From positions 21,316 to 85,315 of the forward strand of contig CAWJRI010000015.1 of assembly GCA_963845175.1 (NCBI GenBank): a DNA stretch of 64,000 nt, given 5' to 3'. The notes beneath the pieces were generated by a model. That model was not told the origin of the DNA and ran no database searches. It saw nothing but the letters and a program-made list of their open reading frames with translations. The DNA comes from an uncultured archaeon. GTDB taxonomy: Archaea; Nanobdellota; Nanobdellia; Woesearchaeales; CAIVOO01. Position 1 is the stretch's first letter. Every line of letters starts with the position of its first letter. The translations under genes and the position numbers were made by a program. Below, one piece after another: positions 20,543 to 29,472 of the stretch.

Positions 20543-21225
20543 AAGGAGTAATATTGGCAGCTGGAATGGGAACAAGGCTGAATGCCCTAATCCCCAAGCC
20601 ATTGGTTTCATTGGAAAATGAAAAAACGATTCTGGATTTTCAAGTTGAAAAACTTGCAAAAAAAATTGGAATGAATAATATAATTGTTGTTGTTGGGTAC
20701 AAAAAAGAGCTTATTATGGAGAAATTTCCAGATTTAATATATATTTATAATAATGAGTTTGCAACAACAAATACAGCAAAAAGCTTGTACAGGGCATTAT
20801 TAAAAGTGGAGGATGATACCATCTGGATGAATGGCGATGTTTTTTTTGACATTGAGGCCTTAGATCTGTTAATAAATTCAAAGCATTCGGGATGCCTGGT
20901 TGATAATGAGAAATGCGGAGAAGAGGAGATAAAGTATAACTTAAACAAAGAAGGAAGTATCCACGAACTCTCAAAGCAGGTTAAGGATGGACATGGAGAA
21001 GCATTGGGGATCAACATAATTAAAAAACATGATTTGGATGAATTTAGAAAAGAGCTAAATAACGTCGGGCAGAAGGATTATTTTGAAAAAGCCTTGGAAA
21101 ATCTAACTATAAAGAACAAATTGGTCCTAAAGCCAATAAACAAGAAGCAATTGTTCTGCAAAGAAATAGATTTCGAAGAAGATCTTATTCAAGTAAGAGA
21201 ACATATGAAATTATGTAAAAAATAA
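20539..21225 (+). CDS. LicC/MobA-like nucleotidyltransferase (CTP:phospho-alcohol cytidylyltransferase candidate)
   Basis: 'MKGVILAAGMGTRL' G-x-G-T-R-L; 4-nt overlap with the CDP-alcohol phosphotransferase gene. Confidence 0.55.
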   Translation: MKGVILAAGMGTRLNALIPKPLVSLENEKTILDFQVEKLAKKIGMNNIIVVVGYKKELIMEKFPDLIYIYNNEFATTNTAKSLYRALLKVEDDTIWMNGDVFFDIEALDLLINSKHSGCLVDNEKCGEEEIKYNLNKEGSIHELSKQVKDGHGEALGINIIKKHDLDEFRKELNNVGQKDYFEKALENLTIKNKLVLKPINKKQLFCKEIDFEEDLIQVREHMKLCKK

Positions 21226-22713
21226 TTACTTAGCTAGGTTTAAATATCTTTTAATTTCTTCAACATCTATTAATTTCAATAAATAGATCAAGACTAAGTA
21301 AACTAATAAAGCAACTAAGACAGCAATAATGGATTCTATCCAGATATTTAATTTTAATATGTCTTTAATGCAAAATATCACAAAAACAAAGACAATGCTT
21401 GCGAATAATGTTTTTATCCAGGACATAACAGGCACTTCAACCTCAATGCATTTCTTAACACTAATAGTTGATAAGATCAAAATTATAAGATAGCTCAGCA
21501 TTGTTGAAAATGCGGCGCCTTCCATTCCGAATCTCGGAATCAAAAATAGGTTCGCTAAAAAGTTTATAACAGCTGAAAATAAAACTATCTTCGTTACTGT
21601 TTTAGGCTTGCCTACACCTATTAAAGTAACACAATTTAATCTTGCTATTGCAAAGAATATAACCCCAATCAGCAGTATCTGCAGGGCGACAGCTCCGGAA
21701 ACATAGGCTTTTCCAAATAAAATTTTAATAAACAGCTCTGAAAGGGAAAAGACAGTTAGTATAAAAGGAACGATAATAATAAATGAATACTTGTACACTG
21801 CTTTTAGCCAGTCTGCTAATTTATGGACCTCTTTCTTTGCCCATATTTCAGAGACCATGGGCAAAGCCACTGCTGCAATAGATTCCGTGAAAAACATGAA
21901 CAATAATGCGGTTGGAAGAACTACATTGTATATTCCAACTTTGTCAAGCGTTACAAAATAAGTCAGCATTAAAGTATCCATTTTTCCTATTAAACCTGAA
22001 CTTACTGATGTTAGAATTATTGGAAGGCCAAAAATAAACATCTCCTTGGATGTTTTTAAAAAATTTATTATTTTATAAAAAGAAATTTTAGAATAAATTT
22101 TTATGAAAAATGGCATAAACACTAAAAATGCCACAATCCATGACATTAAATAAGCATAAACAGGAATAAAGACATGCAAACCAATGATAGATAGTATTAT
22201 AACAGAAATCAATATAACTATATTTGTTAACGGGTCAAGTATTGAAAATAATTTTATTCTTTGATGGCCTTGGAATACTCCCTGCATAAAAAGAACCATA
22301 GCACTAATTATCATATAAGGAATAAATATCTTTAATATTGTTGATGCCAAGGCATCTTTAAAATAATATTTGGCCAGAAAAGGGGCAAAGAAGAAAATTA
22401 AAAAACTGAATATCACCAAAGAAATTATTTGCCAGCTAAATGCCGCGACAACCATTGTTTTTAATTTATTAAACTTTTTCTTGACATTCAGTTCTGGAAT
22501 AAATTTAACCAACGCCTGATTCAACCCCAAATCTCTGAAAAAGATAAAAGGACCAAAAAATGCAAAAATAGCGAAGAATAAGCCATATTCAGCAGGCGTA
22601 AGGCTTCTTGCCAGAATTATCCTTGTGAAATAAGCAATGCCTGCCGCCAGAATAGACATCAAAAATACAAAAGAACTGCCTCTGACTAGCTTTCTTGTAT
22701 ATGTCATAAACAC
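21226..22713 (-). CDS. Wzx-like oligosaccharide flippase (MOP/polysaccharide biosynthesis protein family)
   Basis: 495 aa, about 14 TM, N-terminal 'ILARSLTPAEYGLFFAIFAF' typical of Wzx/MATE-like flippases. Confidence 0.65.
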   Translation of the reverse strand: MFMTYTRKLVRGSSFVFLMSILAAGIAYFTRIILARSLTPAEYGLFFAIFAFFGPFIFFRDLGLNQALVKFIPELNVKKKFNKLKTMVVAAFSWQIISLVIFSFLIFFFAPFLAKYYFKDALASTILKIFIPYMIISAMVLFMQGVFQGHQRIKLFSILDPLTNIVILISVIILSIIGLHVFIPVYAYLMSWIVAFLVFMPFFIKIYSKISFYKIINFLKTSKEMFIFGLPIILTSVSSGLIGKMDTLMLTYFVTLDKVGIYNVVLPTALLFMFFTESIAAVALPMVSEIWAKKEVHKLADWLKAVYKYSFIIIVPFILTVFSLSELFIKILFGKAYVSGAVALQILLIGVIFFAIARLNCVTLIGVGKPKTVTKIVLFSAVINFLANLFLIPRFGMEGAAFSTMLSYLIILILSTISVKKCIEVEVPVMSWIKTLFASIVFVFVIFCIKDILKLNIWIESIIAVLVALLVYLVLIYLLKLIDVEEIKRYLNLAK

Positions 22714-22808
22714 TTCAAATTTATCCCTTTTTAATAAACTAATTATTTATAATATTGAAAATAATTTAAAACAAAGTATATAAAGTAGATAATTTTCTAA
22801 AAACTGAA

Positions 22809-23792
22809 ATGAAGACTTTGATAACTGGGGGTGCAGGATTCATAGGATCTCACATAGCTGATGAATTGATAAAAATGAAAAAAGATGTAATAGTTCTTGA
22901 TGATTTAAGCGGAGGTTTTAGGGAAAACGTAAACAAAAAAGCAGAGTTTATTGAAGGCAGCATAAATGATGTCAAACTTGTACAAAATATATTTGATGAA
23001 AACAAAATAGAGCATATCTTTCATTTAGCAGCTTATGCAGCAGAAGGATTAAGCCATTTTATAAGACATTTTAATTATGAAAATAATTTGATTGGCAGCA
23101 TAAATTTGATAAATTCTGCAGTGAATCATAATGTAAAATGTTTTGTTTTTACATCTTCAATTGCAGTTTATGGAGCAAATCAATTACCAATGAAAGAAGA
23201 AACACTTCCTTCGCCAGAAGATCCTTATGGAATTTCAAAATTGGCGGTTGAAAAAGATCTTGAAGCAGCTCGCAGATTATTTGGTCTTAATTATGTTATA
23301 TTCAGGCCTCATAATGTATATGGTGAAAGGCAGAATATTGGAGACAAATACAGAAATGTTATTGGAATTTTTATGAATCAGATAATGCAGAACAAACCCT
23401 TAAGCATATTTGGGGATGGCAGCCAAACACGGGCTTTTTCTTACATTGGTGACGTTGCCCCAATAATCGCTAAATCTATATCAATAAAAGAAGCATATAA
23501 TCAGGTGTTTAACATCGGTGCAGATGAGGTGTATACTGTAAAACAACTGGCTGATGTTGTTAAAAAAGAAATGAATTCCGACCACCCAATTATTCATCTT
23601 CAGGAAAGAAAAGAAGTCAAACATGCTTATTCATCCCACGAAAAAGTCAAAAAAATACTTGATTATAAAACAACATTCTTATTGGAGGATGGAATTAGAA
23701 GAATGGCTAATTGGGCAAAACAAGCAGGGGCAAAAAAAAGCAAAGAATTTAATGACATTGAAATAAGAAAAAATCTGCCTCAGGGATGGTAA
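22809..23792 (+). CDS. NAD-dependent sugar epimerase/dehydratase (SDR, UDP-hexose 4-epimerase-like)
   Basis: 'MKTLITGGAGFIGSHI' Rossmann motif; 'YGISK' catalytic YxxxK. Confidence 0.75.
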   Translation: MKTLITGGAGFIGSHIADELIKMKKDVIVLDDLSGGFRENVNKKAEFIEGSINDVKLVQNIFDENKIEHIFHLAAYAAEGLSHFIRHFNYENNLIGSINLINSAVNHNVKCFVFTSSIAVYGANQLPMKEETLPSPEDPYGISKLAVEKDLEAARRLFGLNYVIFRPHNVYGERQNIGDKYRNVIGIFMNQIMQNKPLSIFGDGSQTRAFSYIGDVAPIIAKSISIKEAYNQVFNIGADEVYTVKQLADVVKKEMNSDHPIIHLQERKEVKHAYSSHEKVKKILDYKTTFLLEDGIRRMANWAKQAGAKKSKEFNDIEIRKNLPQGW

Positions 23793-23796
23793 TCTT

Positions 23797-25395
23797 TTAG
23801 CACTTATAAATCCAACCAAGCTCCATTCCTTTATCTTTAGACGTATAAACTTTTTCGCATTTATTAATTTCCTTCCAAAATTCTCCGGATTTATCAAGTG
23901 TAGGGAAATCAATAATAATTAGTGTTGAATTTCTGAAATTTAATTTGTTTAATTCCCCAACTTTTGCCTTTGTTACATTTGCATCTTTCAAATAAATCCC
24001 TATGCTTGATAAATAATCAGTGATGAAGACGTTACGATTTAAATTATTTGAATTATAAAAATCAATAACATCATAAGCAACTTTATTTATATTTGGATTG
24101 GCAAGGCTTAAGGTGTGTTCCTGTATAAGGAATACATTAAAAGATAATGAAGAACTTATAAAAAGAATGAAAAATATTGAAGACAATTTCTTATTTTTCG
24201 CAAGAATCATATAAAATAGCAAAAAGATACAAGCTAGTCCAACAATCAGAATCATTGAATTAAATGATATCCAAAATGAAGGTCCGCTGCTTCCTACATA
24301 TGGGTACATAAAATTAAATTTTAAGTTTTTTATTGCATAGATATAATTAGATACAGAATGCGGCATAAATATTCTTGTTCTTAAATTCAAGTATAAAAGA
24401 GTGATATAAAATACCAAGAGTGATATTACTCCAATTGCAGTCTGTTTTGCCTTAAAATTAAATTTTGAGAGATAATTCCCTCCAAGTATACAAAGCGGAG
24501 GTATCATTGTCATAAGATAGCGTTCGTATGGAAGCCTGCTTGCACCAACAATAAAAAAATACAATAAAAATACAGCAGCTGTCCAGATTACAAAATAGAT
24601 TTTTTTCTTCTCGAACTTTAACAAAGACAGCAAAAATAATCCACCCAGCATCGGCGTTGCCCAAAATATGAGATAAATAAATGGGCGCAGTGTGAGTCCC
24701 TTGTGCGCCAAAGAAGTATTTTCTAATGTTGAGATAAACTGTGGCCAGTAGCCAAGCAGGTAGGATAGCAATGGAAATAAAGAATAGATAATAATCCCAA
24801 TTAAAACAATCGCCGCTCCGAATTTTATTGATTTTTTAATATCTTTTTTTTCATAAAGATGGATTAGGCCAAGAATTGCAATTAAAATTAATGTATCCAT
24901 ATATTTTGTAATTGAACTTAGCCCAATCAACATGCCAGTTAAAATTAAGAACTTGTTTTTGTTAGTCTTCAAATAATTTATGAATACGATAAAAGTTAGC
25001 AAATATTCAAACATAATCAAAGAGCCGTTTATATCAACCATTGAAGATGCGAGAACAGGCCAAAAACTGAAAGTCATCAGCAGACTTGAAAAAATCGCGG
25101 TTTTTTTGTCAAATATTTTTATTGAAAGAATATAAACCAAAATAATATTCATAATGCCAAAAATCAAAGGAACCAGTCGGGCAGTCCAAAAAACATTTGG
25201 TACAATAAATAATTTTTGCAATAAAAAATATATGGGAGGATGCAAACTGAATAATTTATTAAATATGGTGGAATAAAAAAAAGATTCGTCCGCAACAAAT
25301 ATATTTTTCAAAGATAAAATTCTTATAAATAATGCGAAACAAATGATAATAATTAGAGCGCTATTATCTTTGATTATTCTTATTATTTTTTTCAT
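23797..25395 (-). CDS. GT-C fold membrane glycosyltransferase (ArnT/PMT-like GT39/83)
   Basis: 532 aa, 12+ TM; N-terminal 'LIIIICFALFIRILSLKNIFVADESFFYS' matches 4-amino-arabinose/mannosyltransferase-type enzymes. Confidence 0.5.
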   Translation of the reverse strand: MKKIIRIIKDNSALIIIICFALFIRILSLKNIFVADESFFYSTIFNKLFSLHPPIYFLLQKLFIVPNVFWTARLVPLIFGIMNIILVYILSIKIFDKKTAIFSSLLMTFSFWPVLASSMVDINGSLIMFEYLLTFIVFINYLKTNKNKFLILTGMLIGLSSITKYMDTLILIAILGLIHLYEKKDIKKSIKFGAAIVLIGIIIYSLFPLLSYLLGYWPQFISTLENTSLAHKGLTLRPFIYLIFWATPMLGGLFLLSLLKFEKKKIYFVIWTAAVFLLYFFIVGASRLPYERYLMTMIPPLCILGGNYLSKFNFKAKQTAIGVISLLVFYITLLYLNLRTRIFMPHSVSNYIYAIKNLKFNFMYPYVGSSGPSFWISFNSMILIVGLACIFLLFYMILAKNKKLSSIFFILFISSSLSFNVFLIQEHTLSLANPNINKVAYDVIDFYNSNNLNRNVFITDYLSSIGIYLKDANVTKAKVGELNKLNFRNSTLIIIDFPTLDKSGEFWKEINKCEKVYTSKDKGMELGWIYKC

Positions 25396-26108
25396 TTCCT
25401 TCCTTTATATCCTAATTTATATCCAATTATCAGATTAATCATCACAACGCCAAGCTTGAATGATTTCCAAAAATTGCTGGTTATTTTTGATTCACCAACT
25501 CTTTGCGCGTAGTTGACAGGGATTTCAACTGTTTTCAATTTATTCTTCAAGCATAAAATCATGAATTCTGGAGAGAAGCTTGAGCCGTTTATTGTAAATT
25601 TTTCAATTATTTTTTTCAATGCATCTCTTTTAATAAGCTTCATTGTACAGCCTACATCGGTTAAACAAGGCCCGTTATGCAAATATTCTAATAATTTTGC
25701 AACAGCCACATTTCCAATCCTCAAGAACCAGTTCATTTTCGCATTTTCCCAAATAAGAGATTTTGAAGTTCTTGTGCCAAGCACAACATCAAAATCATCA
25801 CAGTAATACAGCAGTTTAAAAACGTCTTTTCCTAAAAATGTGCCGTCTGGCTCAGCCATTATTATTATGCTGCCAGTAGCTTCTTTTAATCCTCTCTGAA
25901 GCGCTGCACCATACCCTTGCGTTTTTTCCAGGACATAAACTGCTTTTGTTTTCTTTATCTCTCTTGCAGTATTATCTTTTGATTTGTTGTCGACAGCAAT
26001 TATCTCATCAATAACGCCTGTTGAAAAGAAGTCTTCTATTGCAGTTTTAATGTTTTTTTCTTCGTTATATGTAGGAAAAACAACACTAACCTTTTTTTTG
26101 TTCCACAT
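25392..26108 (-). CDS. GT2 family glycosyltransferase (Dol-P sugar synthase-like)
   Basis: 'VSVVFPTYNEEKNI', 'AVDNKSKDNT', 'EPDG' motifs; 4-nt overlap with downstream GT-C gene (coupled pair: lipid-sugar donor synthase plus GT-C user). Confidence 0.7.
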   Translation of the reverse strand: MWNKKKVSVVFPTYNEEKNIKTAIEDFFSTGVIDEIIAVDNKSKDNTAREIKKTKAVYVLEKTQGYGAALQRGLKEATGSIIIMAEPDGTFLGKDVFKLLYYCDDFDVVLGTRTSKSLIWENAKMNWFLRIGNVAVAKLLEYLHNGPCLTDVGCTMKLIKRDALKKIIEKFTINGSSFSPEFMILCLKNKLKTVEIPVNYAQRVGESKITSNFWKSFKLGVVMINLIIGYKLGYKGRK

Positions 26109-26186
26109 TTTTAACTAAAATATGATATGTCTTTTAAATATTTATTTTTTAATAATTACTTTTAATATTGTAAATAATCATTCAAA

Positions 26187-26196
26187 ACCTTTATAA
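26187..26196 (+). promoter_or_regulatory. Archaeal TATA box candidate for 5S rRNA
   Basis: 'cctttataaataacc' centred about 30 nt upstream of 5S 5' end. Confidence 0.35.
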
Positions 26197-26220
26197 ATAA
26201 CCTCAAATTTTTAACATACA

Positions 26221-26331
26221 GGACGGTCATAGCGGCCTGGCAACACCCGATCTCATTCCGAACTCGGAAGTTAAGCAGGCCCACGTTTCCCTAAGTACTG
26301 CATTACGTGGGAACAGGGATTCGCTGTCCGC
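26221..26331 (+). rRNA. rrf: 5S ribosomal RNA (stand-alone, not linked to 16S/23S in this window)
   Basis: GC-rich island in AT-rich DNA; 'ccgatctcattccgaactcggaagttaagc' loop C/helix III consensus; helix I pairing 5' GGACGG with 3' CUGUCC. Confidence 0.75.
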
Positions 26332-26333
26332 TT

Positions 26334-27215
26334 CTAAATCTTTTTTATCTTTGCAATAAAGAACCCTTGTGTTCCTGTCTTATGCGGCCAGAGTCTTCTG
26401 CATTTCTTAATCTGCTTGTCCAATTCTTTTTTGAAGAAAGTAACCCCAGGGTCTCCAATTGTGTTAGCATCTTCTAGTTTTATCTTGAAGCTTTTCAAAG
26501 CCCAGTCAATCACAAACTCATTCTCCTCAGGTTCCAGTGAGCAGGTTGAATAAACCAGAATTCCATCTTTTTTTAGGACAGACAATGCACTTGTAAGCAA
26601 TGCCTTCTGCATTATACTTCTTTCTTCTATTCCTTTCAATGTTCTTTTGTCAAACCACTTGCTATCTGTGATAAAATTTCCAGAGCAGGGCGCATCCAAA
26701 AGAATTTTGTCAAACTTCAATCCAAAATCAGATATATACCTTCCATCTTTGTTGTAAACCAGGCAGTTGCTCACACCGCATCTCTCTATATTATTTTTCA
26801 AAGCACCTAACCTTTTATCATCAACATCAATTGCAACAATCTTTCCTTTATTCTTCATCCACTGTGCCAACTGAGTTGTCTTCCCGCCTGGCGCAGCACC
26901 TATTTCAAGCACAAGCTCGTTTCCAGGATCTAAAACCTGCACAGGCAGCTGCGCAGCAGCCTCCTGAATATAATAAAAGCCCTGCAGATATTCAGGTGTT
27001 GAGCCGATTGAGAAATTTGATTCAACTTTATAGCCAAAGTCAGCGAATTTTATCTTTTCAAGCTTTGCCTTCCTGCCAAATCTCTCGACGAAATCCTTCT
27101 CAGAAATCCTTAGCGTATTGACCCTGATTGTTTCAGGAAGCATTATCTCTTTCAATCTTCTCACATCTCCCAAAATCTCACTGTATCTTTTCAAGAACTG
27201 GTTCATATAATCCAT
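26334..27215 (-). CDS. NOL1/NOP2/Sun-family RNA cytosine-C5 methyltransferase
   Basis: 'ILLDAPCSGNFITDSKWFDKRT', 'LVYSTCSLEPEENE' motifs IV/VI with both catalytic Cys. Confidence 0.7.
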   Translation of the reverse strand: MDYMNQFLKRYSEILGDVRRLKEIMLPETIRVNTLRISEKDFVERFGRKAKLEKIKFADFGYKVESNFSIGSTPEYLQGFYYIQEAAAQLPVQVLDPGNELVLEIGAAPGGKTTQLAQWMKNKGKIVAIDVDDKRLGALKNNIERCGVSNCLVYNKDGRYISDFGLKFDKILLDAPCSGNFITDSKWFDKRTLKGIEERSIMQKALLTSALSVLKKDGILVYSTCSLEPEENEFVIDWALKSFKIKLEDANTIGDPGVTFFKKELDKQIKKCRRLWPHKTGTQGFFIAKIKKI

Positions 27216-27316
27216 TATCTTTTACATGTTTAAAAATATATTGTTTAAAACAATATTTAATTTAGATTTTTTAATAAAATCTTTTATATATTAGGCAAAC
27301 CTTTATAAATGAGTTT

Positions 27317-28687
27317 TTGATTTCTGGAGTATGGAGTTATATGAAAATACTTTTAATTGATGTTATAGATGAGCAAGAAAAATCTCAGGCACAATATTAC
27401 TCTTTAGGATTAGGTTACATTTCCTCTTATCTTAAAAAATATATTCGAAAAGGAATAGACATTAAGATTATAAACTCTAATATTGAAGAAGAGATTTTAT
27501 CTTTTAAGCCAGATATTGTTGGACTATCTTCTGTTTCACAAAACTTTAACAGAACTAAGAAAATAGCTAAATTCTGTAAAGAAAAAGGAATAACTATTAT
27601 TGTAGGGAAATCTCATATTTCTTCAATCCCATCTTGTCTTGATGAAAATATGGACGTAGGAGTTATTGGTGAAGGTGAGGAAACTTTTAAAGAACTTGTT
27701 GAATTATTTATTAAAAAAAAGTTTACAAAAGAGAGATTAAGGGAAGTTAAAGGAATAATATTTCATGATGGCAAAAAGATCATACAGACAGAAAAACGTC
27801 CTTTTATAAAAAATCTTGATTCTCTTCCTCTGCCTGATAGAGAAATTCTTAATATAAAAAGAGGTGACGAAATTTATCTTTTTAGTTCTAGGGGCTGTCC
27901 TTATAGGTGTAAATTTTGTTTTTCATCAAGATTTTGGGATACAACTAGATTTTTTTCAGCACAATATGTCCTTAAAGAAGTCAAATACCTTATTGATAAG
28001 TATAAACCAACTAGGATAAATTTTTATGATGATCTATTTATTGCAGATAAAAATAGGCTAAGAGAGATAGTTATGTTAATTAAGAAAGAGAAGTTCTATA
28101 AAAAAGTAAGATTTACAGTCTCAGTTCGTGCCAATCTGGTAAATGATGAATCAGCAAGATTGCTTAGAGAGTTAGGAGTAGATATTGTTAATATGGGACT
28201 TGAGTCTGGCAATGAAAGAATACTTAATTATCTCAAAGGCAATTCAGTAACTATTGAAGATAATCAAAATTCAATAAAATACTTTAAAAAATATGGCATT
28301 CAAGTAAGCGCTTCTTTTATTATAGGTTCTCCAGATGAGACAAGAGAAGAAATTTTTGACACTTTAAATTTTATTAAGAATAGTAAATTAGATATGTTTG
28401 ATGTCTATGTTCTTACACCTTTACCAGGAACGCCTATTTGGGAATATGCATTACAAAAAGGTCTTGTTTTCAATAATATAAAATGGGATAAATTAAACGT
28501 TGATTTTTCGAAAAATTATAAAAATTCAATAATTCTTTCTGAAAAATTAACTTGCAAAGAAATAAAGCAACTTTATGATGTTTTTTTAAAAGAACGTAAA
28601 CGAAGATACTATAAACTTATGGTAAAATCAGTATTTACCAGAACAAAAGAGATGATACCTTTTATAAAGAGGAAGTTATTTAATTAA
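27317..28687 (+). CDS. B12-binding-domain radical SAM protein
   Basis: N-terminal cobalamin-binding-like domain; 'SSRGCPYRCKFCFSS' CxxxCxxC. Confidence 0.7.
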   Translation: MISGVWSYMKILLIDVIDEQEKSQAQYYSLGLGYISSYLKKYIRKGIDIKIINSNIEEEILSFKPDIVGLSSVSQNFNRTKKIAKFCKEKGITIIVGKSHISSIPSCLDENMDVGVIGEGEETFKELVELFIKKKFTKERLREVKGIIFHDGKKIIQTEKRPFIKNLDSLPLPDREILNIKRGDEIYLFSSRGCPYRCKFCFSSRFWDTTRFFSAQYVLKEVKYLIDKYKPTRINFYDDLFIADKNRLREIVMLIKKEKFYKKVRFTVSVRANLVNDESARLLRELGVDIVNMGLESGNERILNYLKGNSVTIEDNQNSIKYFKKYGIQVSASFIIGSPDETREEIFDTLNFIKNSKLDMFDVYVLTPLPGTPIWEYALQKGLVFNNIKWDKLNVDFSKNYKNSIILSEKLTCKEIKQLYDVFLKERKRRYYKLMVKSVFTRTKEMIPFIKRKLFN

Positions 28688-28708
28688 TAAAATTTTAATT
28701 ATGTTATT

Positions 28709-29470
28709 TTGGTGCAGAGCATGGTAAAAATAGGCATAATTGGAGGGTCTGGTTTGGATGACCCTAAGATTTTAGAGAATGCAAAAGACATAGAAGTCAG
28801 CACGCCCTATGGAAAACCTTCTTCTTCCTTGAAAATTGGAAAAATCAAAGGCATTGATGTGATTTTGCTGTCAAGGCACGGAAGAGAGCATACCATCCCT
28901 CCAACGCAGGTTAATTTCAGGGCGAATATTCATGCACTAAAACAGCAGGGCTGCACGCATATACTTGCGACAACAGCTGTAGGGAGCTTAAGAGAGGAGA
29001 TTAATCGAGGGCACATCGTTATTCTGGAACAGTTTATCGACTTCACAAGGCACAGAATAATAACATTTCACGATGAATTCAAGCCCCACAAGCCCCAGCA
29101 CACGCCAATGGCAGAGCCATTTTCAAAATACTTAAGAGATTTGCTGATTAAAACATGCAACGAACTTAAAATATTCTGCCATGAAAAAGGAACAGTTGTC
29201 ACGATCGAAGGCCCAAGATTTTCAACAAAAGCAGAATCAAACATGTTCAGGATTTGGGGCGCAGATGTTATTAACATGAGCATAGCGCCTGAAGCTGCGC
29301 TGGCAAATGAAGCAGGAATTCCCTACGCAGCCATCGCAATGAGCACAGACTATGATTGCTGGAAGGATGATGAAGAGCCTGTGACTTGGGAAGCTATTTC
29401 AGAAATATTTAATAAAAATGTGGCAAAAGTCACTGATTTGCTTGTTAATGCAATACCTAAAATAAAATAA
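28709..29470 (+). CDS. mtnP: S-methyl-5'-thioadenosine phosphorylase (PNP/MTAP family)
   Basis: 'KIGIIGGSGL', 'ILLSRHGREHTIPPTQVNFRANIHALK', 'ATTAVGSL' are MTAP hallmarks. Likely start at 28721. Confidence 0.75.
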   Translation: MVQSMVKIGIIGGSGLDDPKILENAKDIEVSTPYGKPSSSLKIGKIKGIDVILLSRHGREHTIPPTQVNFRANIHALKQQGCTHILATTAVGSLREEINRGHIVILEQFIDFTRHRIITFHDEFKPHKPQHTPMAEPFSKYLRDLLIKTCNELKIFCHEKGTVVTIEGPRFSTKAESNMFRIWGADVINMSIAPEAALANEAGIPYAAIAMSTDYDCWKDDEEPVTWEAISEIFNKNVAKVTDLLVNAIPKIK

Positions 29471-29472
29471 CT

